A DNA stretch of 64,000 bases from an uncultured Solobacterium sp. (GTDB taxonomy: Bacteria; Bacillota_I; Bacilli_A; Erysipelotrichales; Erysipelotrichaceae): positions 4,944 to 68,943 of the forward strand of contig CAJOLG010000001.1 of assembly GCA_905235315.1 (NCBI GenBank), written 5' to 3'. Positions 1-10,192 of this stretch are shown in pieces. The translations under genes were made by a program, and so were the position numbers. The notes below the pieces were generated by a model. It was not told where the DNA came from. It ran no database searches and saw only the letters and a list, made by a program, of their open reading frames with translations. Numbering within the stretch: the stretch's first letter is position 1; the number at the start of each line of letters is the position of its first letter.

Positions 1-244
1 TGTTGCGCTTCAGCAGGATGCCGCACTCGTCTTCCGGACGGCGGAACAGATAATCCACCCGGGCGGTAAAACAGAAGTTGGTCATCGGATCCAGCAGCAT
101 CCCGAATGCGTTTGTGCTGTCAAAAGAAAGCGAATGAAAACTCGTATACGGCTCCGTTTCCAGAACCAGGCGATTGTGTTCAAACATGTACATCGCCGGC
201 CGGCGGAGCCAGTGCAGCTGGGAAGGATCAATTTCCCTCAGCAT
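1..244 (-). CDS. DUF1349-like (concanavalin A-like) protein, 3' end truncated by the window edge
   Basis: Hand translation from ATG at 244: MLREIDPSQLHWLRRPAMYMFEHNRLVLETEPYTSF...NFCFTARVDYLFRRPEDECGILLKRN. The ATG overlaps the TGA of the upstream phosphatase (TGATG). Pattern resembles DUF1349. Confidence 0.6.
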   Translation of the reverse strand, partial: MLREIDPSQLHWLRRPAMYMFEHNRLVLETEPYTSFHSLSFDSTNAFGMLLDPMTNFCFTARVDYLFRRPEDECGILLKRN

Positions 245-1425
245 CAGTACATCTCCACATGGACGATCCGGCCGATCGTTCGCAGATTATCCGCAACTTC
301 CTCAATCAGCGCGATCTTCGCATTCAGGCTGATCGGCGAATAGTCGATATTGGAATGCGCCGGATTGTCACTCAGCCCGACCATAAAGGTGATAATACTG
401 GACTCCAGGAATGCCCTGACCAGACAGGAAGCCCCGTCCTCTTCTTTTGAAAGTTCCAGTTCTTCTTCGTACTGCGCATCTTTCGCAGCCCGTTCCAGAT
501 ATCGCGCCACTTTCTGCAGGGTAAGAACCCCTTCCGTCACCAGATCCATTCCTTCAATAAAGCCCTTCGGAGGAACATCCGCTGACAGGCTCAGCAGGCT
601 GTCCGTAAGGATTTCCTTTCCGGTAACGCGGGAGACAATATTTGATGTCGTGCCGCCGCAGCAGATCTTCTTGCCGGATGCGGAAAGCAGTTTGCGTACA
701 ACCTTCTCATCGTCCTCCGGCTGAGAAGGAGGTCCCACCATTACGCGGGTCTCCGCCGCAGGAACAACGGAAAGACAGCAGACGGTCGAATCATCTCCCG
801 GCGCACCGCCGTAAAGATAATCAACGTTGGTCAGCAGAAGCCGCGTGACTTCCCGGGAGTTATCCATCGACGTTGTGGAATCGACCAGAAACTTTTCCAC
901 TTCATCATGACCCCAGCCGAAATTCAGTGACATTCCGACTCCGGCATGGAGCACGCCGTCCGAGAACGCAACAAAACGGTCGCCGGGATATACCAGCGTA
1001 TTGGTGATATAGATCTTCCGTCCGTTAAGCTCTTCACACTGGCGTTCATGTTCAAGGATCGTTCCGTTGCGCATGATAATGCAGGCGGGATTGTCAAACT
1101 CCGCAATATATGCGGCTCCGTCGTAGTAGATCTGAACAATGGTAAACGTGGAATACGCCACCCCGCGCTCCTGACACACAGGAAGCGTATCGGCAATGGT
1201 TTCAACCGCGTCCGACAGCAGCATTCCCGAAAAAATCATCTCACTGAGAATCGTGCTCGTCAGTGTTGACAGAATATTCGCTTTTACGCCGCTTCCGAGG
1301 CCGTCCGCAAGAACCATCACCATACAGTCGTCGCTGCGCCGGATCTGAACCCGGTCGCCGCAGAGTTCTTCCCCGTAATGATTCAGTGACCGCCAGTAAG
1401 CGTCGATATAAATTTTTTCAGGCAT
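244..1425 (-). CDS. hfsC: SpoIIE/PP2C-family Ser/Thr phosphatase (HfsC-like)
   Basis: Motifs CGD, LADGLGSG, FSDGV and DDST. GAGG SD precedes ATG at 1425 (ORF track starts at 1437). Lies in the hydrogenase operon. Confidence 0.85.
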   Translation of the reverse strand: MPEKIYIDAYWRSLNHYGEELCGDRVQIRRSDDCMVMVLADGLGSGVKANILSTLTSTILSEMIFSGMLLSDAVETIADTLPVCQERGVAYSTFTIVQIYYDGAAYIAEFDNPACIIMRNGTILEHERQCEELNGRKIYITNTLVYPGDRFVAFSDGVLHAGVGMSLNFGWGHDEVEKFLVDSTTSMDNSREVTRLLLTNVDYLYGGAPGDDSTVCCLSVVPAAETRVMVGPPSQPEDDEKVVRKLLSASGKKICCGGTTSNIVSRVTGKEILTDSLLSLSADVPPKGFIEGMDLVTEGVLTLQKVARYLERAAKDAQYEEELELSKEEDGASCLVRAFLESSIITFMVGLSDNPAHSNIDYSPISLNAKIALIEEVADNLRTIGRIVHVEMY

Positions 1426-3118
1426 TCTCGTCCTCATCCATTGATCGTTTCAGTTTTGTAAGTGCAACTTTCGAACGGGCAGTTGTTTCACCGAGCAGGC
1501 TGGCAATTTCCTGTACGGTGCGCATCTGCTCATCGATTACTTCTGTCGTTACATCAAATGTGCGTTCCCGCATCCGCCGCAGTTTCATCTCGCGGTCATT
1601 CTCCACGGTGCGGTCCATCAGAATCAGAACATAGAGATTCTGACTTTCAACATGCACGATTGCATGATCGATCAGCAGTTTGTAATTGTCATAGAAAATA
1701 CGGATATACTCAGTCTTCCGTCCGGTCATCCGGATCAGCCGTTCAAGCGCATCATCCGGAAGCACGGTCATAATCGGCATACCGGTCGGATTGACCATTT
1801 CAAGATTCAGCATCTGCCGGGCGGAAGGATTCATCTCACGGATATTGAGATCCGCATCAAGAACCACAATGCCGTTCGGTGTATTTTCAATTACGACATT
1901 CGAAAGAGATTCCGCACGCTCCAGCGCCTCCGGCAGACAGATCCGCGGATCCGCTTTTCCGTCCAGCACTGCAATTGCCTTGAGACGGCAGGTCTCGTAG
2001 CCGCAGGCTCCGCAGTCATGGATCTTATCCTGGGAAACCTTGCCGAGGGCGATCATCTGTTTCTGGATTTCCTCTTCGGTGTGTTTCGGGCGCCAGATAT
2101 CTTCCGGCTTCCATTCCGCGGAAAGATCAAGCGGCAGCGGACCGCCTTCGATCTTCGCATTCATATTTACATTTTCGCGGATCACGCTCTGGCCGAGCCA
2201 CTCATTGTGTTTGAAGTGCGAAAGCAGCGGGCCTCCCATGCAGGAACCGATACAGGAGGACATCTCTGCGAAATATCCTTTCAGCGTGCCCTCCTTCATC
2301 GCCTCAAGCACTTTCTTGATCCGGTCTATGCCTTCCACATTAATGTATTTGTAATCTACATTGTCGTGCTCGATGCAGTTGAGAATTCCGCCCGGTGTCG
2401 GATACAGACGGGCAATGGAACCCTCAAAGTCATTCCAGTCCTCGGTCTCGCCTTCGGTAAGCGTGCCTTCGATCCACTGGATCAGTTCTTCCATTCCGAT
2501 ACATGCGTCCACTGCCCCGGCAAACCGCGCATCACGGATTTCCCTGAATTTGGCAATACACGGCGACAGGAAAACGATCTTCGCGTCCGGATATTCTTCC
2601 TTCAGCATCCTGCCGTGGGCAATCATCGGTGAAACGACCGGCGCCATATACGGCGTCAGTTCTCCGTATTCTTTTTCAATCAGGGAGTTGACCGCAGGGC
2701 AGCAGGTCGTGATGATGTTTTCCATCTTCCGCTCATCGATCAGATTACGGAATGCTTTTGTGACAAGTTTCGCTCCTTCGGCTGTTTCCCGGACCGCAGT
2801 AAACCCGCGGTTTTCGAGAATCTTCACCAGCGAGCCAAAATGCGGCCAGACCGACGCAAAACTCGGTGCTGCGCTGACAATAACGGTTTCGTGATTGTTG
2901 ATCCATTCCCGGACCTGATTCAGATCAGAAATGACATCCTTCGCATCATGCGGGCATACACTGTAGCACTGTCCGCAAAGGATGCATTCATCTTCGACAA
3001 TCGTCGGCCGGTTCTGCAGATATGTCATAGCGTTGGTCGGGCATGCCCGGACACAGCGCAGACAGTTGTGACAGTGACCCTGCTCAAGACGAATGTACTC
3101 GTTGCGCTGATTCATCAT
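1418..3118 (-). CDS. hfsB: Sensory [FeFe]-hydrogenase with 4Fe-4S, Fe-S and PAS domains (HydS/HfsB-like)
   Basis: Two N-terminal CxxCxxCxxxC motifs. H-cluster motifs TTCCP, SPCIAKFRE and EMSSCIGSCMGG. CGACGYETC Fe-S motif. C-terminal PAS (NTPNGIVVLD...EMNPSA). Confidence 0.9.
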   Translation of the reverse strand: MMNQRNEYIRLEQGHCHNCLRCVRACPTNAMTYLQNRPTIVEDECILCGQCYSVCPHDAKDVISDLNQVREWINNHETVIVSAAPSFASVWPHFGSLVKILENRGFTAVRETAEGAKLVTKAFRNLIDERKMENIITTCCPAVNSLIEKEYGELTPYMAPVVSPMIAHGRMLKEEYPDAKIVFLSPCIAKFREIRDARFAGAVDACIGMEELIQWIEGTLTEGETEDWNDFEGSIARLYPTPGGILNCIEHDNVDYKYINVEGIDRIKKVLEAMKEGTLKGYFAEMSSCIGSCMGGPLLSHFKHNEWLGQSVIRENVNMNAKIEGGPLPLDLSAEWKPEDIWRPKHTEEEIQKQMIALGKVSQDKIHDCGACGYETCRLKAIAVLDGKADPRICLPEALERAESLSNVVIENTPNGIVVLDADLNIREMNPSARQMLNLEMVNPTGMPIMTVLPDDALERLIRMTGRKTEYIRIFYDNYKLLIDHAIVHVESQNLYVLILMDRTVENDREMKLRRMRERTFDVTTEVIDEQMRTVQEIASLLGETTARSKVALTKLKRSMDEDENA

Positions 3119-3369
3119 GACAGCGAGGCGGTCAGTTCGCGCTCAAGAACTTCCCGCGCATTCTGAGCAGTAACCTGTCCGATCTGACGGCCGTTGATCC
3201 GGATTCCAAGACCGATGTGGTTCTGGCATGCCTTCATACAGAAGGAACCCTTGACTGCGATCTTGTCTTCCCAGCCGTGCTCCTTGATGATTTCGTTCAG
3301 GTCGTTAACAACCTGGCTGCTCCCTTTAACATAACAGGCGCTTCCGATACAAATCTCAACGTTTACCAT
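3115..3369 (-). CDS. hfsA: Thioredoxin-like [2Fe-2S] ferredoxin (HfsA-like)
   Basis: CIGSACYVKGS and GSFCMKAC motifs, AAGGAG SD, stop overlaps the next ATG. Confidence 0.85.
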   Translation of the reverse strand: MVNVEICIGSACYVKGSSQVVNDLNEIIKEHGWEDKIAVKGSFCMKACQNHIGLGIRINGRQIGQVTAQNAREVLERELTASLS

Positions 3370-3400
3370 GTGTTTTCTCCTTCAAACTCTCTGTATTTTT

Positions 3401-4873
3401 TTATTCCACGTGCTTTCCGACTTCCATATCGACTCCGTCAAACGAGAAGATCTCCAGCGACTTCTGAATTGTTTTATTGTCCGCAGCCATATTTTCTTTC
3501 GCCATACGGCCCTTTCCGGACACCGCATCCGAGATGCATGCAGGTCCGGCGATACAGCCGCCCGGACAGCACATGCCTTCCAGAATATCAAATGTGAATC
3601 TCCCTGCCTGCATGATCTGCAGCTGCTTCTTGCATTCCGCTGCGCCGTTGGCCATGAACGCGGTATACGGGCCGTCCCCATGTTCTTTGGCTGCCTCGGC
3701 AACTGCCTGGGCGACACCGCCGCTGAATGCGAAGTTACGGGCGTAAACAGAAGGATATTCTTCTTCCGTCGCTTCCACTTCTTCCGGGTTGATTCCCTGT
3801 GATATCAGCATCGCCGCAAGTTCTTCATAAGTGAGAACGTAATCTACGACGCTGTAGTCTTCCATCGCCTCCTGCTTCTTGGCAAGGCACGGGCCGATAA
3901 ATACGACACCGGCTCCCGGATGTTCGTACTTGATCTTCCGGGCAATTGCCTCCATCGGCGTTACCGTTGTGGACTTGTTTTCCATATAGAGCTTCGGGAA
4001 ATGAATTCTCAGCATATTGACAAATCCCGGGCAGCAGGAAGTTGTCATCGGTTTGCCGTCTTTCTTGTGTTCTGCGAGTTCGCGGTACTCAAAGTCCGCC
4101 ACCGCATCAGCTCCGACCGCAACTTCAACACACTTTGTGAAACCGAGCTTCTCCACACTCTTCAAAACCTGCGGCAGTGTGGTGTTTTCAAACTGTCCCT
4201 GAATAGACGGTGCGACAACGGCATATACTTCCGTTCCCATCCTGATCGCCTTGATAACCGGAACGACCCAGGATACATCCTCGATCGCGCCAAACGGGCA
4301 GGCACCTTCGCACTGACCGCAGTTAATGCACTTTTTATCATCAATTACCGCAATATTGTTGGCATCCCAGCTGATTGCCTGCACCGGGCAGTGGGCGAAG
4401 CACGGACGCTCTGTCACAACGATTGCGCTGTACGGACACGCTCTTGCGCAGGAGCCGCATTCCTTACATTTGGTATAGTCGATCTCGCTCCGTTCGCTGC
4501 CGATATGAATGGCACCGAAGCGGCAGGCCGCAAGACAGGATTTTGCCATGCATTTGCGGCAGTTGTCCGTGACACGGATCTTTTTGATCGAGCAGCCGTC
4601 ACATGCGGCATCGATCACATGAATGATCTGACGCGCATTCGGTTCAATCTCTTCCCGCGCCATTTTGCCCATCGCGAGGCGTACCCGCTGGCGCAGCACC
4701 TCCCGCTCCTTGTATACACAGCAGCGGTACCGCGGCCCGTCAAGCGATACGAGATTTCTGGCGTACGCCTGAACTTCATCCTCAATTACGTCACCGTCAA
4801 ACGCCTGCTTGCAGATATTCACGAGAATATCAAACTTAAACTGGCGTGACTCGTGGGTAAACATGTTTGCCAT
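3401..4873 (-). CDS. hfsD: Monomeric group B-type [FeFe]-hydrogenase (HfsD-like)
   Basis: Several ferredoxin motifs. H-cluster motifs TSCCPG, GPCLAKKQE and EGMCCPGGCIAGP. AAGGAG SD. Confidence 0.9.
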   Translation of the reverse strand: MANMFTHESRQFKFDILVNICKQAFDGDVIEDEVQAYARNLVSLDGPRYRCCVYKEREVLRQRVRLAMGKMAREEIEPNARQIIHVIDAACDGCSIKKIRVTDNCRKCMAKSCLAACRFGAIHIGSERSEIDYTKCKECGSCARACPYSAIVVTERPCFAHCPVQAISWDANNIAVIDDKKCINCGQCEGACPFGAIEDVSWVVPVIKAIRMGTEVYAVVAPSIQGQFENTTLPQVLKSVEKLGFTKCVEVAVGADAVADFEYRELAEHKKDGKPMTTSCCPGFVNMLRIHFPKLYMENKSTTVTPMEAIARKIKYEHPGAGVVFIGPCLAKKQEAMEDYSVVDYVLTYEELAAMLISQGINPEEVEATEEEYPSVYARNFAFSGGVAQAVAEAAKEHGDGPYTAFMANGAAECKKQLQIMQAGRFTFDILEGMCCPGGCIAGPACISDAVSGKGRMAKENMAADNKTIQKSLEIFSFDGVDMEVGKHVE

Positions 4874-4903
4874 AATACTGTTCTCCTTTATTTCGTTTTC
4901 CGA

Positions 4904-5479
4904 TTATTCCGGTTTTTCCAGGGTCCGGAAACTGTGCTCATACTGCATCCCGTACTCCAGCTTGCGCATAACGGATTCATCCGTAAGGCGCCGGATAATG
5001 AGGCGGGCAAACTCAATGGTTGCGCCCATGCCCCTGCCGGTAATCACATTTCCGTCTTCCACCGCCAGTTCGGTTTCATAAATACCGCCGTATGCGTCAT
5101 CCGCAAAATCCGGAAAGCTCGTGTAATGCTTTCCCTTCAGGATCCCCAGATGGCCGAGAACAGACGGTGCTGCACAGATTGCACAGGTCAGTTTTCCGGC
5201 CGCAAAATGTTCTTTCAGGGCCTGTCTCAGCGGTTCGAACCCATCCAGGTTCATCGTGCCGGCCTTTCCGCCGGGAAGAATCAATACATCATACCCGGAA
5301 GGATCAATTTCCTTCCATACTTTGTCTGCGAACAGGCGCACACCATGAGAGGTTTCCACAATCGGATCATCCGTGATTGAAACGGAATCCACCGGGATTC
5401 CTGCCCTTCTGAGCATATCGATTGTTATCATCCCTTCACAGTCTTCAAACCCTTTCGCAAGAAAAACTGCGCATCGCAT
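4904..5479 (-). CDS. DJ-1/ThiJ (YajL-like) family protein
   Basis: FEDCE, ILPGG and AICAAP motifs; GGAG SD. Confidence 0.9.
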   Translation of the reverse strand: MRCAVFLAKGFEDCEGMITIDMLRRAGIPVDSVSITDDPIVETSHGVRLFADKVWKEIDPSGYDVLILPGGKAGTMNLDGFEPLRQALKEHFAAGKLTCAICAAPSVLGHLGILKGKHYTSFPDFADDAYGGIYETELAVEDGNVITGRGMGATIEFARLIIRRLTDESVMRKLEYGMQYEHSFRTLEKPE

Positions 5480-5551
5480 TATGCGTCTCCTTTACTTTGT
5501 TAAAATTATAACATGCTCGGACCGGTTCTCCTACACAATCCCGGCTGCTTC

Positions 5552-5588
5552 CCGCAAAAAAGAGACCCGCATTGCCTGCGGATCTCCT
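5552..5588 (-). terminator. Rho-independent terminator (minus strand)
   Basis: GAGATCCGCA/TGCGGGTCTC hairpin followed by a T6 tract on the minus strand. Confidence 0.6.
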
Positions 5589-6075
5589 CGTGCTTATTCT
5601 GTCTGCGTTTTTCGGCGGATTCGACCGGATGGCTGTCGGCGTTGAACCACTATGAATCTCGGTGATAAGGAGGTATTATTCAAAATGATCTGCTGTGTTC
5701 CGTCACATTCCAGGAAACCAGACTCGTGCTTTTTCAGCGTATTCACTTCCGAAATTCCTGCCCGGGCAGATCGGCGCCGCCCTCAAGCATCCTTTCCGGC
5801 GAAGCGATCGGAACAACACGTTGTACGCATCACCGACGGGCCATCGTTACCGCCCGCAGACCTGTAGCTTTGTTTACGCAGGCTCGTCTCTGAAATCAGA
5901 CGGCACTGCCATCAGAAATTCCCGGTCCCATGTGTTACCTCCCGGATAATTGTTTTTTCTATCCTTCTTCACTTTCGTGATAACCGAAAAACAAAAATAT
6001 TGAAACCCCTAACATTCTCTGCCAGCTGTGTTATACTGATTGTTGGGTGCAGGGATTGCACTTTTTTTATTTTTA

Positions 6076-6107
6076 AAGGCAAGCGGATTCCTTCGCCTGC
6101 CTCTTTG
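6076..6107. terminator. Terminator downstream of typA
   Basis: aaaggcaagcgga...ttcgcctgcctcttt inverted repeat. Confidence 0.6.
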
Positions 6108-6115
6108 TGATTGTT

Positions 6116-7957
6116 TCAGTCGCTGTCTTCGTCCTCCAGACGGCCGAGCTCACGTGCATGCCGTCTGCGGTCGATAATCGTCAGATACTTCTTCCGCACC
6201 CGGATATCCGACGGTGTAATCTCAACCAGTTCATCATCATTGATAAACTCGATTGCCTGTTCCAGCGTCAGGATACGCGGCGGAACCAGTTTCATCGCTT
6301 CGTCGTTTCCGGTGGAACGGACCGCGGTCATCTTCTTGTTTTTGATCGGGTTGACGGTCATATCACGGTTCTTTGCGGATACCCCGATGATCATGCCCTC
6401 ATATACCGGTGTCTGCGCACCGATGAAGAGCTGACCGCGCTCCTGGATATTCCAGAGCGCATATGTCATCGCCCCGCCTGTTTCCGTGGAAATCAGCGCA
6501 CCGTTCTCCCGCTGGGGAATATCACCCTTCCAGGGTTCATACCCATACAGGCGCTGCACCATGGTGCCTTCCCCGTGGGTGGTATTGATGAAATCGCTCC
6601 GGTAGCCGATCAGGCCGCGGGTCGGAACCGTATAGGTGATCCGGGTATAGCTTCCTTCATCTTCCATATTCTTCAGCATGCCCTTGCGGATATTCAGTGC
6701 CGAAATCACGGTGCCGCTGTATTCATTCGGAACATCGCATACGACTTCCTCGATCGGTTCGCAGGTCTGGCCGTCGATCTTCTTCAGGATGACTTCCGGC
6801 CGCGAGACTGCGACTTCATATCCCTCACGCCGCATCTGCTCGAGCAGAATCGTGAGATGAAGTTCCCCGCGCCCGCTGACCTTGAAGGTATCGGTGGAAT
6901 CGGTCTCTTCCACCCGCAGACCGACATTGACTTCCAGCTCTTTTTCAAGCCGCTCCCGGATATTGCGGGATGTGACAAATTTGCCGACCTTGCCGGCAAA
7001 CGGGCTGTCATTGACCATGAAGTTCATGGACAGGGTCGGCTCCTCGATCCGGATTACCGGCATCGGATCCGGGCTGCCTTCCGGGCAAAGCGTATCCCCG
7101 ATGGAAATATCCGGGATGCCGGAAATCATGACGATTTCCCCGCACTGTGCTTCCGGTACCGCGACCCGGCTGAGTCCTTTGTATACAAACACCTGGTTTG
7201 TTTTTCCTTTGGTGTTCTTTCCGGATTTGTTGCAGACATCATAAACCGTCGCTTCTTTCAGCGTGCCGGAGTAAATCCGGCCGATCCCGAGACGGCCGAT
7301 GTAGTCATCATAGGCCAGGGCACACACCTGCATCTGGACGTTTTCATTCATGAGGTCCGGATATGCCTGGGCATGATGAATGATGGTCTCAAACAGCGGT
7401 GTGATGTCTTCGTTGGTATCGTTGTCCCAGTCGTAGCGGACAATGCCCTGCCGGGCAACCCCGTAGAGAATCGGGAAATCAAGCTGATCGTCCGCCGCGT
7501 TGAGATCGAGGAACAGATCATAGACTTCATCAATGACCTCCTCTGCCCGCTGGTCGGGTTTGTCCATTTTATTGATGAGAAGAATCGGGCGAAGACCGAT
7601 TTCAAGACTCTTCTGCAGAACAAAACGGGTCTGCGGCATCGGCCCTTCACTGGAGTCAACCAGAAGAATGACGGTATCCACTGTTTTGATAATGCGCTCC
7701 ACTTCCGAAGAGAAGTCCGCATGGCCCGGGGTATCCACGATATTGATCTTGTAATCCTTATAGGTTACCGAGCAGTTCTTGGAATAGATCGTGATTCCGC
7801 GTTCCCGTTCCAGGGCGTTGGAATCCATAACACAGTCAACGACTTTCTCATTGTCTTTAAAAACATGACTCTGTTTCAGAAACGCATCGACCAGTGTGGA
7901 TTTTCCCGCGTCAACATGTGCGATCACGGCTATATTGATAATCTTCTGATAGTCCAT
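6116..7957 (-). CDS. typA: Translational GTPase TypA/BipA
   Basis: [35 protein letters not shown] and BipA C-terminal domain. Confidence 0.97.
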   Translation of the reverse strand: MDYQKIINIAVIAHVDAGKSTLVDAFLKQSHVFKDNEKVVDCVMDSNALERERGITIYSKNCSVTYKDYKINIVDTPGHADFSSEVERIIKTVDTVILLVDSSEGPMPQTRFVLQKSLEIGLRPILLINKMDKPDQRAEEVIDEVYDLFLDLNAADDQLDFPILYGVARQGIVRYDWDNDTNEDITPLFETIIHHAQAYPDLMNENVQMQVCALAYDDYIGRLGIGRIYSGTLKEATVYDVCNKSGKNTKGKTNQVFVYKGLSRVAVPEAQCGEIVMISGIPDISIGDTLCPEGSPDPMPVIRIEEPTLSMNFMVNDSPFAGKVGKFVTSRNIRERLEKELEVNVGLRVEETDSTDTFKVSGRGELHLTILLEQMRREGYEVAVSRPEVILKKIDGQTCEPIEEVVCDVPNEYSGTVISALNIRKGMLKNMEDEGSYTRITYTVPTRGLIGYRSDFINTTHGEGTMVQRLYGYEPWKGDIPQRENGALISTETGGAMTYALWNIQERGQLFIGAQTPVYEGMIIGVSAKNRDMTVNPIKNKKMTAVRSTGNDEAMKLVPPRILTLEQAIEFINDDELVEITPSDIRVRKKYLTIIDRRRHARELGRLEDEDSD

Positions 7958-7982
7958 AGTCCTTCACCCTCAAAACCTAATA

Positions 7983-8011
7983 ATTATATGGTTCGCTGTC
8001 CTTTTTGACAA
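7983..8011 (-). promoter_or_regulatory. SigA-type promoter of typA
   Basis: TTGTCA-17 nt-TATAAT on the minus strand. Confidence 0.75.
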
Positions 8012-8121
8012 CTCAAAACACGATGAATATGCTCCTTTCGCGCCTCTTGCCTCCCCGTACCGCTTCTGCGGCCGGGGAAAAAGAAAACACATCTTCGCCG
8101 GGAAGATGTGCATTTCACAAA

Positions 8122-8205
8122 TGGTGCACCAGACAGGACTTGAACCTGCACGAATCTCTTCATACGCCCCTCAAGCGTACGTGTCTGCCATTCCACCACT
8201 GGTGC
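8122..8205 (-). tRNA. tRNA-Leu(GAG)
   Basis: Minus strand GCACCAGTGGTGGAATGGCAGACACG...anticodon loop TTGAGGG...GGTTCAAGTCC...GGTGCACCA. Long variable arm, encoded CCA. Upstream TTGACG-16-TATAAT and a downstream hairpin. Confidence 0.97.
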
Positions 8206-8262
8206 GTGCTTTGTTATTATAACAGGTTCATCGATTTCGTCAAATCATATATAATTTTTTTT

Positions 8263-9630
8263 ATGAAAGAATTTCTTCGCCGTTCCGCCGCAGTGCTCGC
8301 GGTCCTTTCGCTTACGGGATGTTCCGTTCCGGAAGAGCGCCCGGTACAGCTGAATCCCTCCGAATACAAGCCGATGGAAACCCTGGATCTCCATTGTGAT
8401 TATGTTTATCTGATCGACCCCGATACCGGGCAGACGCTGATCGACCGCGGTTCGGAAGACAGGATGTATCCGGCCAGTCTTACCAAAGTGATGACATCGA
8501 TCATCGCGATTGAGGAGATTCCGGATCCGGAACATGTCACGATTGAGTTTACCCAGGAAATGCTGAACGGGCTGATCGCCGCAAGTGCGAACCGGGCCGG
8601 CTTTCTTCCGGGGGATTCTCCGACGGCGCTGGATCATATATACGGAGACCTGCTTCCTTCCGGGGCGGACTGCTCGCGCGCCCTTGCCTTTTATATCGCA
8701 GGCGATGAAGAGGCCTTCGTTGGGCTGATGAACGATAAAGCGGCAGAACTCGGAATGAACGATACGCATTTTGTGAACACCTCCGGCCTGCACGATGATG
8801 ATCACTATACCACCTGCCGGGATATGATGACCCTCTATCTCTACTGCATGAAGAATGAAACCTTCATGGACATTCTCAGGACACAGGTCCACACCTCCGT
8901 GCCGGTAACCCACTTTCCAAACGGCCTTGGCATGACAAATTTTGTGCTCATGTATATCAATCAGGAAAATCCGCAGTATCAGGATTATCAGATTCCCGGA
9001 TTTGTGGCGGGAAAGAGCGGGTATACCATCGAGGGGCAGTACACGCTCGTATCCAATGCGGACATCAACGGCATGAACCTTGTGATGGTCAATGCCCACG
9101 GCTATGTGGAACCCCATTACCCCGCAAGTATCGAAGATGCCTCGGTGGTGTACAACTGGTACCGGGAACACTTTGCGCGGCAGACCCCCGTTGAGGAAGG
9201 CCAGTCCTTCGGAAGCGTTCGGGTGCGCAATTCCTTCGGAAACAATATTGAGGCAGTTGCGGCAGAAGGCTTCACCGCCGATCTGCCGAATGACGAAAAC
9301 CTGCATCTGTATATCGATCTCCCGGAGACAATCCAGGCCCCGGTTGCGGCCGGGGAGCGGATCGGATCCGTAACGGTTTATTCGTATGACCGGCGGCTTC
9401 GGACAATTGACCTCCTTGCCTCAGACGCAAGACCTGTGAGTTTCTTCGGCAGAATCCAGACCGGTCTTTATGACTATACCGGAGGCCGTGTCTGGCTCGG
9501 AGTCATTCTGATCTGCCTGATCGCGGCAGCCTTCTTCTGTCTGATCGTCCTGCTCACGCTGAGTTACCGCCAGAACCGGAAGAAAACACGCAGACATTCC
9601 AGCACAAACAGAACAGAACATAAAAACTGA
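8263..9630 (+). CDS. D-alanyl-D-alanine carboxypeptidase (peptidase S11), lipoprotein signal plus C-terminal TM
   Basis: Lipobox LTGC; PASLTK (SxxK), SGAD, HFVNTSGL and GKSG motifs; PBP5-like C-domain. True start is ATG 8263, not 8005. Confidence 0.9.
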   Translation: MKEFLRRSAAVLAVLSLTGCSVPEERPVQLNPSEYKPMETLDLHCDYVYLIDPDTGQTLIDRGSEDRMYPASLTKVMTSIIAIEEIPDPEHVTIEFTQEMLNGLIAASANRAGFLPGDSPTALDHIYGDLLPSGADCSRALAFYIAGDEEAFVGLMNDKAAELGMNDTHFVNTSGLHDDDHYTTCRDMMTLYLYCMKNETFMDILRTQVHTSVPVTHFPNGLGMTNFVLMYINQENPQYQDYQIPGFVAGKSGYTIEGQYTLVSNADINGMNLVMVNAHGYVEPHYPASIEDASVVYNWYREHFARQTPVEEGQSFGSVRVRNSFGNNIEAVAAEGFTADLPNDENLHLYIDLPETIQAPVAAGERIGSVTVYSYDRRLRTIDLLASDARPVSFFGRIQTGLYDYTGGRVWLGVILICLIAAAFFCLIVLLTLSYRQNRKKTRRHSSTNRTEHKN

Positions 9631-9663
9631 AGGCCGGATTTGATTCCGGCCTTTGTCTGTTTA

Positions 9664-10176
9664 TTATTCCTTCTTTTCTTCCCCTTCCGTAATCAGCGGC
9701 AGATCTTTTCCGCACTGAACGCATTTCAGCGCAAGGTAGCGGTTTTCCGTTCCGCAGTACGGGCATGTTCTGGACGCCAGTGTTTTTTCCGGAAGCCTGG
9801 CTCCGCAGTTCGTGCAGAATTCATTCTCGGCAGGCATCGGTTCGCCGCAGGACGGGCACAGCTTGTATTTGCTGAGTTCCCTGTCTTCAATCGCATCAAT
9901 CATGCTGTCCCAGCGTTTTGACAGCGTATCAATATCGGGAAGTTCGGTTTTCTTTTCGGTACCGGAAAATTCCACCGGCACCTCTTCTCCCTTTTCCATT
10001 GCCTCAAGGGATTCGGTAATCCGATCCGCAGCTTCGTTGATCGTGCTGATTGCCTTCTCAGTCATCGGTTTATCAAACGTTTCAGAAAATTTCTTTTCCA
10101 CCTGGTCAAACAGGTTATCGCCCACTTCTTCGAACTTGCTCTTTTTCCCGTTAAACAATCCATCAAACAGTCCCAT
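9664..10176 (-). CDS. Double zinc-ribbon domain protein
   Basis: GGAGG SD before MGLFDGLF; four CxxCG knuckles (CPSCG, CTNCG, CPYCG, CVQCG). Confidence 0.8.
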   Translation of the reverse strand: MGLFDGLFNGKKSKFEEVGDNLFDQVEKKFSETFDKPMTEKAISTINEAADRITESLEAMEKGEEVPVEFSGTEKKTELPDIDTLSKRWDSMIDAIEDRELSKYKLCPSCGEPMPAENEFCTNCGARLPEKTLASRTCPYCGTENRYLALKCVQCGKDLPLITEGEEKKE

Positions 10177-10192
10177 TGTCCGTTTCCCTCCA

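Noticed and set aside
5652-5867. Plus-strand ORF with a GGAGG upstream of an internal ATG
   Set aside because: Product is not protein-like, SD spacing is long, and no terminator supports this strand
5896-5931. In-frame TGA after the SD-led ATG as selenocysteine readthrough
   Set aside because: A second TGA follows 22 codons later, there is no redox motif and no evident SECIS hairpin
6107-8008. 633-aa plus-strand ORF, and similar long ORFs at 14938-16545, 21770-22960, 25547-27106, 37244-38536, 49168-50610, 51125-52753 and 62108-63442
   Set aside because: Antisense shadows of well-supported genes, expected from codon bias in GC-rich DNA; no recognisable motifs or SD
8122-8205. tRNA-Leu as an integration site for a genomic island
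   Set aside because: No integrase and no duplicated tRNA 3' end seen in the window; flanks are housekeeping genes
8005-8262. N-terminal extension of the carboxypeptidase ORF in the track
   Set aside because: It runs across the tRNA-Leu gene; the signal peptide and lipobox start at ATG 8263
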